Assembly: GCA_965205015.1 (NCBI GenBank)
Contig: OZ242029.1
Location: forward strand, 2,880,001 to 2,944,000
Direction of reading: 5' to 3'
Source of the DNA: Candidatus Poribacteria bacterium
Lineage (GTDB): Bacteria; Poribacteria; WGA-4E; WGA-3G
Length of the DNA stretch: 64,000 bases
Under the pieces are notes generated by a model. That model was not told where the DNA came from, searched no databases, and was given only the letters and a program-made list of their open reading frames with translations. Of the stretch, positions 20,002 through 30,138 are shown in pieces (the stretch's first letter is position 1; the number at the start of each line of letters is the position of its first letter). The position numbers were made by a program, and so were the translations under genes.

Positions 20002-20823
20002 ATGAGACGGAACTTTATATTAACCCCCTATCTGGTGTGTCTGTTTTTGATAAGTGCTGCCTGTGTGTTTATGGCGGAGATTCAGGATGCATCCGCGGAT
20101 GTTTTAGACCCGGATTTGGTGATTTACTTCGACTATGAAGATTTCAATGCGGATACTGTTGTTGAAAAATCCGGATATGGTTACGATGGCAAGATTGATG
20201 GCGATGTCACACAATCCGATGACGGGAAGTTCGGCAAAGCCGCCCATTTCGCATCTGGTAGTTTCCTGGATTTAGATGGACCCAATGTTAAAGCTGAAGA
20301 CATCCCTACCGAAGGCATGAGTATTGTGGCGTGGATCAACGTTGAATCCGTCACAGATATGGCGATTTTCAATGCCCGTGCCGGTGATAATACATGGCTG
20401 GTGCACCCCGAAGCACGTGGCGATGGAAATTATCGGTGGCTCAATCGGAGTCCGGGTGGCACAACGATATTTGACATCCGGGGTGGCGAAAACAAAGCGA
20501 ATGAATGGATACATTATGCCGGGACCTTCAGCCGCGCGGAAGGATTGGCTGTCCTTTATATCAATGGTGAAAATGTTGGTGAAGAAAAAGCGCGGGTCGG
20601 CACGCCTATCGCAGGAGACTGGGACAATGGGGCACGTGTTGGACGTAACATCGACGACAACCGCCCTTTCACCGGATTGATGGATGACCTCAACATTTGG
20701 AAACGGGGTTTGACAGAGGAAGAGGTCAATGATATTATGAACAATGGTCTTGGTGTAACGCTCACCGCAGTGGAAGCACAAGGTAAACTCGCAACCACTT
20801 GGGGACGGCTTAAAGCAAACTAA
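20002..20823 (+). CDS. Secreted LamG-like domain protein (tandem paralog)
   Basis: Mature region nearly the same as 19092..19928; ends VEAQGKLATTWGRLK. Confidence 0.87.
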   Translation: MRRNFILTPYLVCLFLISAACVFMAEIQDASADVLDPDLVIYFDYEDFNADTVVEKSGYGYDGKIDGDVTQSDDGKFGKAAHFASGSFLDLDGPNVKAEDIPTEGMSIVAWINVESVTDMAIFNARAGDNTWLVHPEARGDGNYRWLNRSPGGTTIFDIRGGENKANEWIHYAGTFSRAEGLAVLYINGENVGEEKARVGTPIAGDWDNGARVGRNIDDNRPFTGLMDDLNIWKRGLTEEEVNDIMNNGLGVTLTAVEAQGKLATTWGRLKAN

Positions 20824-20955
20824 CGAGGCTGATAAGGGCTTAAATCATTTTTTCCTAGGCGCGCTTCCGCAGCGCGTCTACTCAATTTGCGCAAGCCTTG
20901 AAGAGCAAAGGACCCTTGGAAAATTGACCGATTAAATTGGAAATGCAGGAACAGG

Positions 20956-21246
20956 TTATGGATCGGATGACGTGGACGGTGGATCCGCTTCCGATGCGTC
21001 AGGCTCCGTGGGATCCTCTGGAGATGAGCACGTGCTTAGCACTTTAGTGAGATAGTTCTCCTGCGAAAGCATATCTTGATTGGCGCGGAGGCTCGCCTCA
21101 TGAAACCGATAATCATCTTCACCGAGTCGGTAGTAATACTGGAGATGTCCGGCACTGACTGCTTGTTTGAGGTCTGCGGGTGAGATATTCAGCAGTGCTG
21201 CTGCCTCTTTTAGGTCATACTCAACCACGGCATTGCGTATTCGCAT
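20956..21246 (-). CDS. Small excisionase-like helix-turn-helix protein
   Basis: YDLKEAAALLNIS...YRF pattern; GGAG RBS. Confidence 0.6.
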   Translation of the reverse strand: MRIRNAVVEYDLKEAAALLNISPADLKQAVSAGHLQYYYRLGEDDYRFHEASLRANQDMLSQENYLTKVLSTCSSPEDPTEPDASEADPPSTSSDP

Positions 21247-21332
21247 CTTTTTATCTCCATTTTGGTGTTGTAACGCGAATGTGCGTGCCTTTTAAAACTG
21301 TAGCGTATATGACGCAAACGGAGTCCAGTTTC

Positions 21333-21953
21333 ATGGCGCAGTATCGGTGTACAAGTTATGCCTTCGTAAAGTCTCTTAAATCATGGGTTTTCTGTGCATT
21401 GGTTTTCTGCACTATTCTAACAGGATTAGAAGCAAATGCCGAGAACTTTTTATCGAGATGGGATCAAACCCTCTTTGATCGTATCTATGATGCGCCGCCA
21501 CACCGAGAGCCGGTGTGGACACTCATGGAGGGAATAACAGAATTTGGGCATTATCGGGCAGTTATGGGGCTTTCTGTGCTCCTCATGGCTTATGGTGATG
21601 AAGCACATCAGGAAACTGGCAGGCTTTTATCTTCCGCGTTCCTCGGGACTGGGTTGGTAACGTTTGGTATGAAGCGGTTGATTCGTCGGAAACGCCCCCT
21701 TGATGAGAGTTTGGGGAATCCAGCTTTTCCGTCCGGACATACATCCTTGGCGTTCAGTTCAGCAACGATTTTGGGGTATCGGTATCCGAAATGGCGAATT
21801 CCGCTCTATATTGGAGCGGGGCTTGTCGGTTTTTCGCGTATCTATCTCGGACGACATTATACGTCAGATGTGATAGCTGGGGCAGCAATTGGCACAGCGA
21901 TGGGAATGCTGGTCTGGCATCAGCGCGTCACATTGCTGAAATGGGAATTTTAA
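21333..21953 (+). CDS. PAP2-family phosphatase
   Basis: KxxxxRxRP, FPSGH, SRIYLGRHYTSD; start uncertain. Confidence 0.9.
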   Translation: MAQYRCTSYAFVKSLKSWVFCALVFCTILTGLEANAENFLSRWDQTLFDRIYDAPPHREPVWTLMEGITEFGHYRAVMGLSVLLMAYGDEAHQETGRLLSSAFLGTGLVTFGMKRLIRRKRPLDESLGNPAFPSGHTSLAFSSATILGYRYPKWRIPLYIGAGLVGFSRIYLGRHYTSDVIAGAAIGTAMGMLVWHQRVTLLKWEF

Positions 21954-21961
21954 TTTTACCT

Positions 21962-21990
21962 TTGACAATAAAACGGACACGACGTAAAAT
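21962..21990 (+). promoter_or_regulatory. Sigma70-like promoter
   Basis: TTGACA-N17-TAAAAT. Confidence 0.7.
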
Positions 21991-22015
21991 ATAATCACAT
22001 AGGAGGGTGAGACTG

Positions 22016-22807
22016 ATGAACCGTACGAAAGATCGCATCCACTTCCGGTATCTGATGATGGGCAGCGTCGGTATGCTTCTCTTAACGGGAACGTTATTCG
22101 TGGGGTGTGCTGTTCCACCACAACCCTCAGTCGATGTCTATATGGAGCCTGTTGCCGGACGCTTTAACGCCCAGGTTAATCCAGAGACGGGTGCAGCAAC
22201 TGTTGAAAAAAGGGGAATTGCCGTTACTCTTAAGCCGTTTGATGAGATAGAACTGTTCGCACTCACCGAAGATCCGAAAGTGAATCCTTATCTCTTAGTT
22301 GGGAAGAATGGTGCCGTTGAGCCTATCTACACAGTGTTCGATATTACAGTCCATAACCAAGATAACCGACGCGTCTTAGTTGATGACACAGCTATCCTCA
22401 TTGATAGAAACGGCGGGCAATACGTCAATCTATCTAACGATTATTTCGACTCGCTCTATGACAATGTCGATCTTTCGCAGCATAACTCTTGGGAAGCGGG
22501 GTCCCCTTACATGCCTGTACGGGCTGGGTTACCCAGCCCGTACGGCTACTATCCTTACTATGGGTACTACCAATCTTACATAGATGCCGAAGCACTTGAG
22601 TTGGGACGGATTGTGTTAGAGGACCACATCTTTGAGGGAGCGAAGTTGTTCTCTGGCGCGAAACGGAGCGGTTTCTTAATTTTCGATCGGCTTGAGAGTG
22701 CCGCTACAGATATTCGCGTCGTTATCCCTCAGGTTCGGATTGTTCATCCAAACGGTAAAGAGGATACATTGGAATTTAAAATTGACTTTAGGCAGGTCCT
22801 GCCGTAA
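22016..22807 (+). CDS. Hypothetical lipoprotein
   Basis: Lipobox FVGC; AGGAGG RBS 9 nt before ATG 22016. Confidence 0.75.
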   Translation: MNRTKDRIHFRYLMMGSVGMLLLTGTLFVGCAVPPQPSVDVYMEPVAGRFNAQVNPETGAATVEKRGIAVTLKPFDEIELFALTEDPKVNPYLLVGKNGAVEPIYTVFDITVHNQDNRRVLVDDTAILIDRNGGQYVNLSNDYFDSLYDNVDLSQHNSWEAGSPYMPVRAGLPSPYGYYPYYGYYQSYIDAEALELGRIVLEDHIFEGAKLFSGAKRSGFLIFDRLESAATDIRVVIPQVRIVHPNGKEDTLEFKIDFRQVLP

Positions 22808-22885
22808 AATAACGATAACCGCAATGGCTTAATACAGGTTAACAACACAGGACTCGCCATTATAAAGAAGGGAGTACATAATAAA

Positions 22886-24076
22886 ATGCGAAATTCGCTT
22901 ATTATATTCTTGATAGTGGGGCTTATATCTATTTGGGGGTGTCAACCTGCCGGTAAGGACAAACAGGAGTCTCAGCGAGAACTCAAAGTTGCTGTAGCAG
23001 CGCCGTTTACGGGCAACGCAGCGGCATTTGGGGAAATGATCAAACGCGGGGCTGAGCTCCGAGAAAAAGAGATTAATGAAGCGGGTGGCATCAATGGTAT
23101 GAAATTGACGCTGATTTTTGAAGATGATGCCGGCAAAGATGCAGAGGCGAGCCTCGTAGCAGAACGTGTTGCCAGTAACTTGCAGATTCTCGCGGTTGTT
23201 GGACACTTTAACAGTTCCTGCTCGCTGGCGGGCAAACCCATTTACCAACGGGCGGGTATTGTCGAACTGTCGCCCGGTTCCACGAATGTGACCGTTTGCG
23301 AGGGAAGCGATTGGACGTTCCGCAACTTGTATCGGGACGATTTCCAAGGGAAATTCATTGCCCGATACATTGATGAAGTCCTAACAGACCTTCAATCTGT
23401 CGCTGTCTTTTTTGATAACGATGATTATGGTCGAGGTTTAAGAAACGCATTCGTCGCGGAAGCCGAAAAAGTTGGGCTGAACCTCGTTGCCGATGAAGCG
23501 TATGAGCGGGATAGCACTAACTTTAAGGCACAACTCACCAGTATCAAAGCCAAAAATCCCGACGCTATTTTTATCTCTGGCCTCTATCAGGAAGCCGGTT
23601 TGATCGTCAAACAGGGACGTGAAGCTGGAATCACCGCACAGTTTTTCGGGGCGGATGGTGTGGATTCCCCCGATTTTCTCACGATCGCAGGTTCCGCCGC
23701 GGAAGGTGCTTACTTAACAACGCCTTTTACCTTCGGGGCGGCAGGAGAAGATGCGCTCCAGATGGCAGCTCAGTTTAAGGCACTTCACGACGGTGTGGCT
23801 CCCGATACATGGGCGGCATTGACGTATGATGCCGTTGGGATGATTGCGGAGGCGCTTGAGAAAACCTATAATTCGGAAGCATCTGTGGCGGATAATCGGA
23901 AGGCTATTCGCGACCATTTGGCATCCTTGGACACCCCTGAAGAAGGTTACAAAGGGGTTACAGGACTTACCTATTTTGATATAAATGGTGATACAGTGAA
24001 TAAACCGGCTTACGTAAAAATTGTGAAAGATGGGCAGTTTATTGCAGCCGATCAGCAACTCCTTGACTTAAATTGA
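22886..24076 (+). CDS. Branched-chain amino acid ABC transporter substrate-binding lipoprotein
   Basis: Lipobox IWGC; EINEAGGING, VVGHFNS, DDYGRG, YDAV, GVTG. Confidence 0.92.
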   Translation: MRNSLIIFLIVGLISIWGCQPAGKDKQESQRELKVAVAAPFTGNAAAFGEMIKRGAELREKEINEAGGINGMKLTLIFEDDAGKDAEASLVAERVASNLQILAVVGHFNSSCSLAGKPIYQRAGIVELSPGSTNVTVCEGSDWTFRNLYRDDFQGKFIARYIDEVLTDLQSVAVFFDNDDYGRGLRNAFVAEAEKVGLNLVADEAYERDSTNFKAQLTSIKAKNPDAIFISGLYQEAGLIVKQGREAGITAQFFGADGVDSPDFLTIAGSAAEGAYLTTPFTFGAAGEDALQMAAQFKALHDGVAPDTWAALTYDAVGMIAEALEKTYNSEASVADNRKAIRDHLASLDTPEEGYKGVTGLTYFDINGDTVNKPAYVKIVKDGQFIAADQQLLDLN

Positions 24077-24164
24077 TTTTAAAATAGGTTTTCCGCTTAT
24101 AGCATTAGAAGAGGATGAAACATCAGCGTCCTCTTTAAAGCACGAGCCCCTGAAAAAAAGAATT

Positions 24165-25061
24165 ATGGCGCAATTTTTAGAGCAAATTATTAACGGATTG
24201 GTGTTAGGCGGCATCTATGCGCTCATCGCTGTCGGCTATACGATGGTTTACGGCATTATTCAACTGATAAACTTCGCACACGGCGAAATTTTCATGTTCG
24301 GTGCCTACATCGCTCTCATGCTGGTAACCGTTTTCGGTATACCGTTTTGGATAGCGTTGCCGCTGAGTATGGTTCTATGTGCAATATTAGGCGTGCTGAT
24401 GGATTTGGTCGCCTATCGTCCGCTTCGGAACGCCCCTCGTTTATCGGCGCTGATTACGGCAATAGGGATGTCGCTCGCCCTACAAAACCTTGCTCGGATG
24501 ATTTGGTCAGCCCGTCCTCGTCAATTTCCCGCTGAAATTCTTCCAACAGTCTTCCAAGGTCAAAATGCAATTTCACTCCCCGGCGGTGCAGCGCTACCGT
24601 ATCGGGACGTGTTTATCATCCTATTGGCACTCGTTTTAATGATTGCCCTGAATAGGTTAATTCACCTGACCAAAATAGGCAAAGCGATGCGAGCTTGTGC
24701 CCAAAACCAGGTTGCTGCAAATCTGATGGGAATTAAAACAAATCGCGTGATTGCTATAACGTTTGCTATCGGTTCTGCTTTAGGGGCGATAGCAGGCATA
24801 ATGGTAGGGTTGAGCGAAAGTGTTACGCCGACGATGGGATACTATAAAGGGGTCGCAGCGTTTGCCGCGGCTGTCCTCGGTGGCATCGGTAATGTCACCG
24901 GTGCGATGCTCGGGGGCATTATAATAGGCGTCGCCGAAGTTTTTGGAGCCGGGTACATCTCCTCAGGGTACCGGTTAGCGATTGCTTACATTATCATGAT
25001 TGCAGTCATCGTTGTTCGTCCGTCCGGTTTACTTGGAAAATCAACAGGGGACCGTGCTTAG
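24165..25061 (+). CDS. livH: Branched-chain amino acid ABC permease
   Basis: GGIYALIAVGYTMVYG, INFAHGE, GKAMRA, AAVLGGIG, RPSGL. Confidence 0.93.
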   Translation: MAQFLEQIINGLVLGGIYALIAVGYTMVYGIIQLINFAHGEIFMFGAYIALMLVTVFGIPFWIALPLSMVLCAILGVLMDLVAYRPLRNAPRLSALITAIGMSLALQNLARMIWSARPRQFPAEILPTVFQGQNAISLPGGAALPYRDVFIILLALVLMIALNRLIHLTKIGKAMRACAQNQVAANLMGIKTNRVIAITFAIGSALGAIAGIMVGLSESVTPTMGYYKGVAAFAAAVLGGIGNVTGAMLGGIIIGVAEVFGAGYISSGYRLAIAYIIMIAVIVVRPSGLLGKSTGDRA

Positions 25062-25062
25062 C

Positions 25063-26061
25063 ATGAAAAATAAACTCACACCGAAAAATATCATCCTTGG
25101 CTTATTCGTCTGTTTTCTACCGCTCTTAATGTATGGGATAGATACCATATCCCTCTTCCTGTCAAGATACGATATTTACCTGGGCCTGCCGAGTGGAGAT
25201 TACATGTTGCGGATTATTGTTCGCGCCTATCTCTACATGCTCCTGGCAATTGGATTGAACATTGTGTGTGGGTTCACAGGCCAACTCGATCTCGGCTATG
25301 TTGGCTTTTACCTGATCGGTGGCTATACAGCAGGGCTCTTGATGGCGCGGCTTGGAATGACTTACTGGATTGCCCTGCCCCTCGCTGTCGTCAATGGTGC
25401 GTTGTGGGGATTGTTGCGTGGAGCCCCTACGTTGCGACTCACAGGTGATTATTTCGCAATCGTCACCTTCGGGTTTGCCGAGTTGCTCTTCCGGATCGTG
25501 AAAAATGAAGAGTGGTTGATTGGCGGTCCGAATGGATTGGTTCGGGACATTCCACCTCCTGCTATTTTTGGCGTAATGTTCAATCAGAATTGGCACAATT
25601 ACTACCATATTCTGATCCTACTGACGCTGGTCATCTTTATCACCTATCGACTGCAGCATTCTCGCGTCGGAAGAGCATGGGTCGCGATTCGAGAAGATGA
25701 ACAGGCAGCAGAAAGTATGGGAATTAATGTAAGTCGTTATAAAGCATTGGCGTTTACGGTGAGTGCTGCGATCGGGGGGTTAGGCGGGGGTTTCATCGCA
25801 CAATTCCAAGTGAACATTAGTGCGCCATTCTTTGAATTTTGGGAGTCGATTTTCATTCTCTGTATGGTCGTCCTTGGCGGGATGGGAAGTATAAGGGGCG
25901 CAATGATAGGGGCAGCGATCCTTGGATCATTGGGTGAGGTGCTGAGACCTGGTTTCATTATCCCATATCAATTTGGCAATGCCCGCTATCTTATTTTTGG
26001 GATCATCCTTATCCTCTTAATGCGTTTCCGTCCAGGTGGATTGACGCTCAAAAAGGCTTAA
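25063..26061 (+). CDS. livM: Branched-chain amino acid ABC permease
   Basis: GLNIVCGFTGQLDLG, LRLTGDYFAIVT, GRAWVAIREDE, MVVLGGMG. Confidence 0.93.
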   Translation: MKNKLTPKNIILGLFVCFLPLLMYGIDTISLFLSRYDIYLGLPSGDYMLRIIVRAYLYMLLAIGLNIVCGFTGQLDLGYVGFYLIGGYTAGLLMARLGMTYWIALPLAVVNGALWGLLRGAPTLRLTGDYFAIVTFGFAELLFRIVKNEEWLIGGPNGLVRDIPPPAIFGVMFNQNWHNYYHILILLTLVIFITYRLQHSRVGRAWVAIREDEQAAESMGINVSRYKALAFTVSAAIGGLGGGFIAQFQVNISAPFFEFWESIFILCMVVLGGMGSIRGAMIGAAILGSLGEVLRPGFIIPYQFGNARYLIFGIILILLMRFRPGGLTLKKA

Positions 26062-26135
26062 TGGCTATCGGAAACCTTCAGTCGTCAGCAATCAGTATGT
26101 TGCAGCGTCAGAATCACCGTCGACAACAGTTATCC

Positions 26136-27200
26136 TCATCGCGAGGACTTAAACCGTCGGCGCAGGTACCTGATACCCCACCGCCAAGGGCTGATTGCCG
26201 TTCCTGCTGACAGCCATCTTTCACAGATAAGAAGAATTAACGCCCCAAAGATAAATAATTGAAATCGTTCCTGATATTCACCCTCCGAGCGAATCCTGAA
26301 CTTCTGTTTTTCGAGTCGTGCTAAATCCCCTGTTAGTTGGGCAATTCCCGTATTGGCATGATAATAACTGCCGTTTCCAGCATTTGCAATTTCTTGGAGA
26401 TGGGTTTCATCCAACGCTGTTAGCACAAGTTGTCCGTTGGTGTCGCGCTTGTACGGAGCAGTTTCTGTAGCAGTGTCCCGCGGGAGCGGAATCGGCACAG
26501 ATTTACCAGCATTGCCAATACCGATACAATAGATATACACACCCTCCTGAGTCGCCATTTTTGCCGCTTCAATCGCCGCTTCACCGTGGTCCTCCCCATC
26601 CGTAAACAGAATCAGGACCTTTTGTCCGCCGAAGTCGGCATTTATCGCTGGTGTATCGTTCTGATTTAAGCTGAGTCGAGCGGTCGCTGTTTCAATAGCG
26701 TTTCCGATACGGGTCCCGCTGTGCGTAAGTGTTTCGACAGTTACCGCCTCCAAGAATTCTCTGAGGGTCGCGGTATCGCTCGTCAAAGGACATACCACGA
26801 AACTGGCTTCAGCAAAGTAGAGCAATCCCACCCGGTCGCCTTTCAGTGCCTCTAATAGTGAGAACATAACCTCTTTCGCGTGGGTTAATCGTCGAAGGGA
26901 TTCTTCATCTTCTGCGAGCATACTGGTCGAAATATCCAATCCGAGCATGACATCTAATCGTTCTGCAACCGGTTCAGGCTTGGCACCCCACTGCGGGCGG
27001 GCGATTGCAAGCGTCAAGAGGGAATAACTCAGTAGCAACAATCCTGCTTGAATTCTGTGTCGCTGTAGGTGTGTTGGGTCCACATTGCTGTAGAATCGCA
27101 GCAAGGCTTTCTGTTTCTGCTGCAATCCAAAGAGAAGCAACAGTACCAAGGGGGGCACTGCCCATAAAAAATGGAGAAATTCAGGATGGGCAAAACGCAT
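26136..27200 (-). CDS. VWA-domain protein (BatB-like)
   Basis: MRFAHP N-terminus, LAIARPQWG, MIDAS DISTSM, TDGED, C-terminal ERFQ + TM. Confidence 0.88.
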   Translation of the reverse strand: MRFAHPEFLHFLWAVPPLVLLLLFGLQQKQKALLRFYSNVDPTHLQRHRIQAGLLLLSYSLLTLAIARPQWGAKPEPVAERLDVMLGLDISTSMLAEDEESLRRLTHAKEVMFSLLEALKGDRVGLLYFAEASFVVCPLTSDTATLREFLEAVTVETLTHSGTRIGNAIETATARLSLNQNDTPAINADFGGQKVLILFTDGEDHGEAAIEAAKMATQEGVYIYCIGIGNAGKSVPIPLPRDTATETAPYKRDTNGQLVLTALDETHLQEIANAGNGSYYHANTGIAQLTGDLARLEKQKFRIRSEGEYQERFQLFIFGALILLICERWLSAGTAISPWRWGIRYLRRRFKSSR

Positions 27201-27240
27201 TTTTAATTATTTGCAAGGCGTTAAATCAGGCAGTCGTCAG

Positions 27241-28233
27241 TTAAGAGGAGAGGATAGAGTTACGGACGCGTTCAAAAATCTCAATGGCATAGTCAAGATG
27301 GGCTTTAGAGGCGATGTTAAAAGAAATCCCGAAATTCTTGACTGTTACATTGGGCAAATTGGCTCTGCACTCAACAATATGGAGCGGCGTGAAGTCGCCG
27401 TGGACATCAACCCGGAAGTGAGTCGCTCTTCTTGAAGGATATGTATCGAGCCACCAGTGTCCCCCAAAAGTCATCCGGAGTTTTGCAATGCGAGGTCGCA
27501 GTGTTGCCCCGCACGCCTCGATGTATTCCACAAATTCATGGGCAATTTGCGAGAGTTCCTCGTTTTCCTGTAGCCTCTCAATGAACAATTCAAGGGTCAT
27601 AAATTGCTGTGTGGTGTGCCCATAACTCCGTTCTTCCTCCTTGACCAGCGTTCCACCAAGAACGGTCTCAGTCGCGACCAAGATTTCATCAGGGGCGTGG
27701 TAGGAAAAATAAGAGATATAGGTGAGATCAAGTCCCAAAGCCCGTAGATATTCAGCGACCTCTAAGACGCGCGTGTCTACTCCCTCGGAAACAAGCACTA
27801 ACCGCTGTTTTTGATTAAATGCCGATTTCCGAATATCGCCGGGTTCATATCCAAAGAATTCACTGTGTAGTGCAGTGAGGGATGAAAACTCTTTCCCCTG
27901 TTGTTGGCACCAGCGATACGCGAGCGTCTCCAATTCTATAAAGGAAAGTTGGGAAACCCCAGCGGCATACTCTAAAATCTGCGTGATTGCTGTCCGAGAG
28001 GGTTTTCCTCGCTTGAGTTCAATAATCACACAATTGCCTTGTCGGTCAAGGGCGAGCAAATCGATTTTCTGTTTTGATGTACTTAACGGCGGTTGCCTAC
28101 TGATAACGCAAAGCGGTTCACCGAGGACCAGCGTCGCATCCTTTTCGAGCAGATCTTCGAAGTCGCGTTCCTCACCAAAACGCAAGGGTTCGAGCTTCCC
28201 AAATTTCCGATCTTCCCAACGATAAACTTCCAT
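27241..28233 (-). CDS. NucS/restriction-endonuclease-like PD-(D/E)xK nuclease
   Basis: E...IDLLALD...IIELKRG...AITQILEYA; start chosen at ATG 28233. Confidence 0.8.
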   Translation of the reverse strand: MEVYRWEDRKFGKLEPLRFGEERDFEDLLEKDATLVLGEPLCVISRQPPLSTSKQKIDLLALDRQGNCVIIELKRGKPSRTAITQILEYAAGVSQLSFIELETLAYRWCQQQGKEFSSLTALHSEFFGYEPGDIRKSAFNQKQRLVLVSEGVDTRVLEVAEYLRALGLDLTYISYFSYHAPDEILVATETVLGGTLVKEEERSYGHTTQQFMTLELFIERLQENEELSQIAHEFVEYIEACGATLRPRIAKLRMTFGGHWWLDTYPSRRATHFRVDVHGDFTPLHIVECRANLPNVTVKNFGISFNIASKAHLDYAIEIFERVRNSILSS

Positions 28234-28371
28234 TTTTGACCATTGTCCCGCAAGTCTATAGAAGCTTGCGCTATTGTAATTTATGTGATTTACGCTGATG
28301 ATGAAATCTCCAATAATCAGGGAAACCACAATTCTGATTTCTTCATGAAAATGAAGATATGCGTGGTTATT

Positions 28372-30036
28372 CTACAAATTATAGTTTAACCAGCGAATGC
28401 GTTCACGATATGCCTTGACCTCTGCTGTGATTCTGGTATCATTCCAATTGTTTTTCTCGCCCAAAAATTGCGCTATTTGGGGGGCTATATCGACCCCTTG
28501 ACCCGGCGTCCAGCCGATCCGTGTCCGTCGCCAGAGAAGATCCTCAAGCGTAATCGCCATTTCACCCCAATAGGCATAGAGAAGTTCAGCTTTTGTGAAT
28601 GGAAGGGATGGTATTACTAACTCCCCAAGCGTCGCATCTTCGGTGATGAAGTTTTGAATCGTGCGATACCCTTCGCCATATCGTTTAACGAGACGCTCTG
28701 CATCCGCACCCGGTGCCTCACCCGCTGCATTCGGCAGTGGATACGCGGCAGTTTTGCAGGCGCGTGGGACCTCTAAAAATGCGGCAAGATGGTTCACGGT
28801 CTCTTCCGCCATCTGACGGTGTGTGGTGAGTTTTCCACCATAGAGATACATTATCCCGCTTGGGCTTTCTGTGATTAAGTGTTCTCTCGAAACAAAACCG
28901 GTTCTCGCGAACCCTTGCAAATGTCGATTTGATGCGATGAGCGGACGGGTCCCGGCATAGGCAGCGATAATGGTGTCCCGATTGAGCGTTTTTTCTGGGA
29001 AAATTCGCTGTGCTTCCGAAAGCAGATACGCCACCTCGTTCGCTGATGGGCGGACGGATGCCAATTCCTCTTCGGGTGTTGTTTCAGTGGTGCCAACAAT
29101 GGAAGTGTTGTGGGCACCGGGTAAAATAAAGATAACTCGCGGATTACGTTTTTGCTGTTTATCCGCCTGTGTGAAAGTTATCAGGCCGTACGTATCGTCT
29201 TCCTCTTTTCCACAGCGCGGCAAAAGGATATGGATACCTTTCGCGTTTTTTGTCAACAAGCGGAGTGTGCCGTCGTAACTCGGATCTTTACGCCATACAT
29301 GGTCGCTCCAAGGTCCCGTTGCGGATACTATTTTCCGTGCTGCAATCTCAAAACGTTGTCCGGAAACAACATCTTCAGCGGCTATCCGGTACATCCGATT
29401 CTTGGTATTGGCAGTCTCCGGTTGCCCGACAAAATCAAGAAAACGGACGTAGTTTGCGACAACAGCCCCGTGTTGGTGGGCATCCTTGAGGGTTGCGAGT
29501 GTCAACCGTGCATCGTCAACAGTACTGTCCCATAACAGGACGCACCCCTTTAAGGAATTTGTGGCAATAGGTCCGACGAGGTGCCGTATCTTTTGGACAT
29601 CCCGAATCGCTATTGACTTCTCCATTTCATCCGTTTTAGAGAGGCAATTGTAGTAATGTGCGGCAAGTTGCATCCCCATCAACGGATACGGATCGCCTTT
29701 GTAGCAAAGAAGTGCTAACGGGATTGGCTTGACAAGGTTCGGCGCGATCCGGCGTAGAATTTCACGCTCCTTGCGTGCATTTTTGACGAGTTCAATATCC
29801 CGCTTAAGCAGATAACGAAATCCGCCATGGACGAGTTGGGACGTGGCACTACTCGTTCCGTTTGCGAAATCGCCTTGTTCAATCAAGCCCGCTTTGATAC
29901 CCCCGTTGAGCGCAAGGTCCCGGATTAGACCTGCCCCGACGATACCACCCCCGATAACTAAAACATCTAACGGTTCAGTCTTGAAGATTTCTATATTCTG
30001 GGCGCGAGTCCGAGCTGAAAATTCCGTTTTTTTGAT
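28372..30036 (-). CDS. glpD: FAD-dependent glycerol-3-phosphate dehydrogenase/oxidase; apparent ATC start
   Basis: DVLVIGGGIVGAG lies upstream of the ORF-track start; GTSSATSQLVHGGFRYL, DDARL, GTRPL, GGKLTT, RRTR; AGGAGG 6 nt before ATC at 30036. Confidence 0.85.
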   Translation of the reverse strand: MKKTEFSARTRAQNIEIFKTEPLDVLVIGGGIVGAGLIRDLALNGGIKAGLIEQGDFANGTSSATSQLVHGGFRYLLKRDIELVKNARKEREILRRIAPNLVKPIPLALLCYKGDPYPLMGMQLAAHYYNCLSKTDEMEKSIAIRDVQKIRHLVGPIATNSLKGCVLLWDSTVDDARLTLATLKDAHQHGAVVANYVRFLDFVGQPETANTKNRMYRIAAEDVVSGQRFEIAARKIVSATGPWSDHVWRKDPSYDGTLRLLTKNAKGIHILLPRCGKEEDDTYGLITFTQADKQQKRNPRVIFILPGAHNTSIVGTTETTPEEELASVRPSANEVAYLLSEAQRIFPEKTLNRDTIIAAYAGTRPLIASNRHLQGFARTGFVSREHLITESPSGIMYLYGGKLTTHRQMAEETVNHLAAFLEVPRACKTAAYPLPNAAGEAPGADAERLVKRYGEGYRTIQNFITEDATLGELVIPSLPFTKAELLYAYWGEMAITLEDLLWRRTRIGWTPGQGVDIAPQIAQFLGEKNNWNDTRITAEVKAYRERIRWLNYNL

Positions 30037-30138
30037 TAGGGGCCTCCTGGATTTCCACAGTTAGAAAATCGTTTCACGAGGGATATAGTTGATTCCAAAA
30101 CGACTGGACAGAATAGCAATCAGTTAAGAGGCGTTCGT

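Noticed and set aside
19092-20823. Diversity-generating retroelement template/variable repeat pair
   Set aside because: Both are full-length paralogous genes, differences are not restricted to adenines, and there is no reverse transcriptase in the window.
20956-21246. Prophage or integrative element suggested by the excisionase-like HTH
   Set aside because: No integrase, att site or phage genes nearby.
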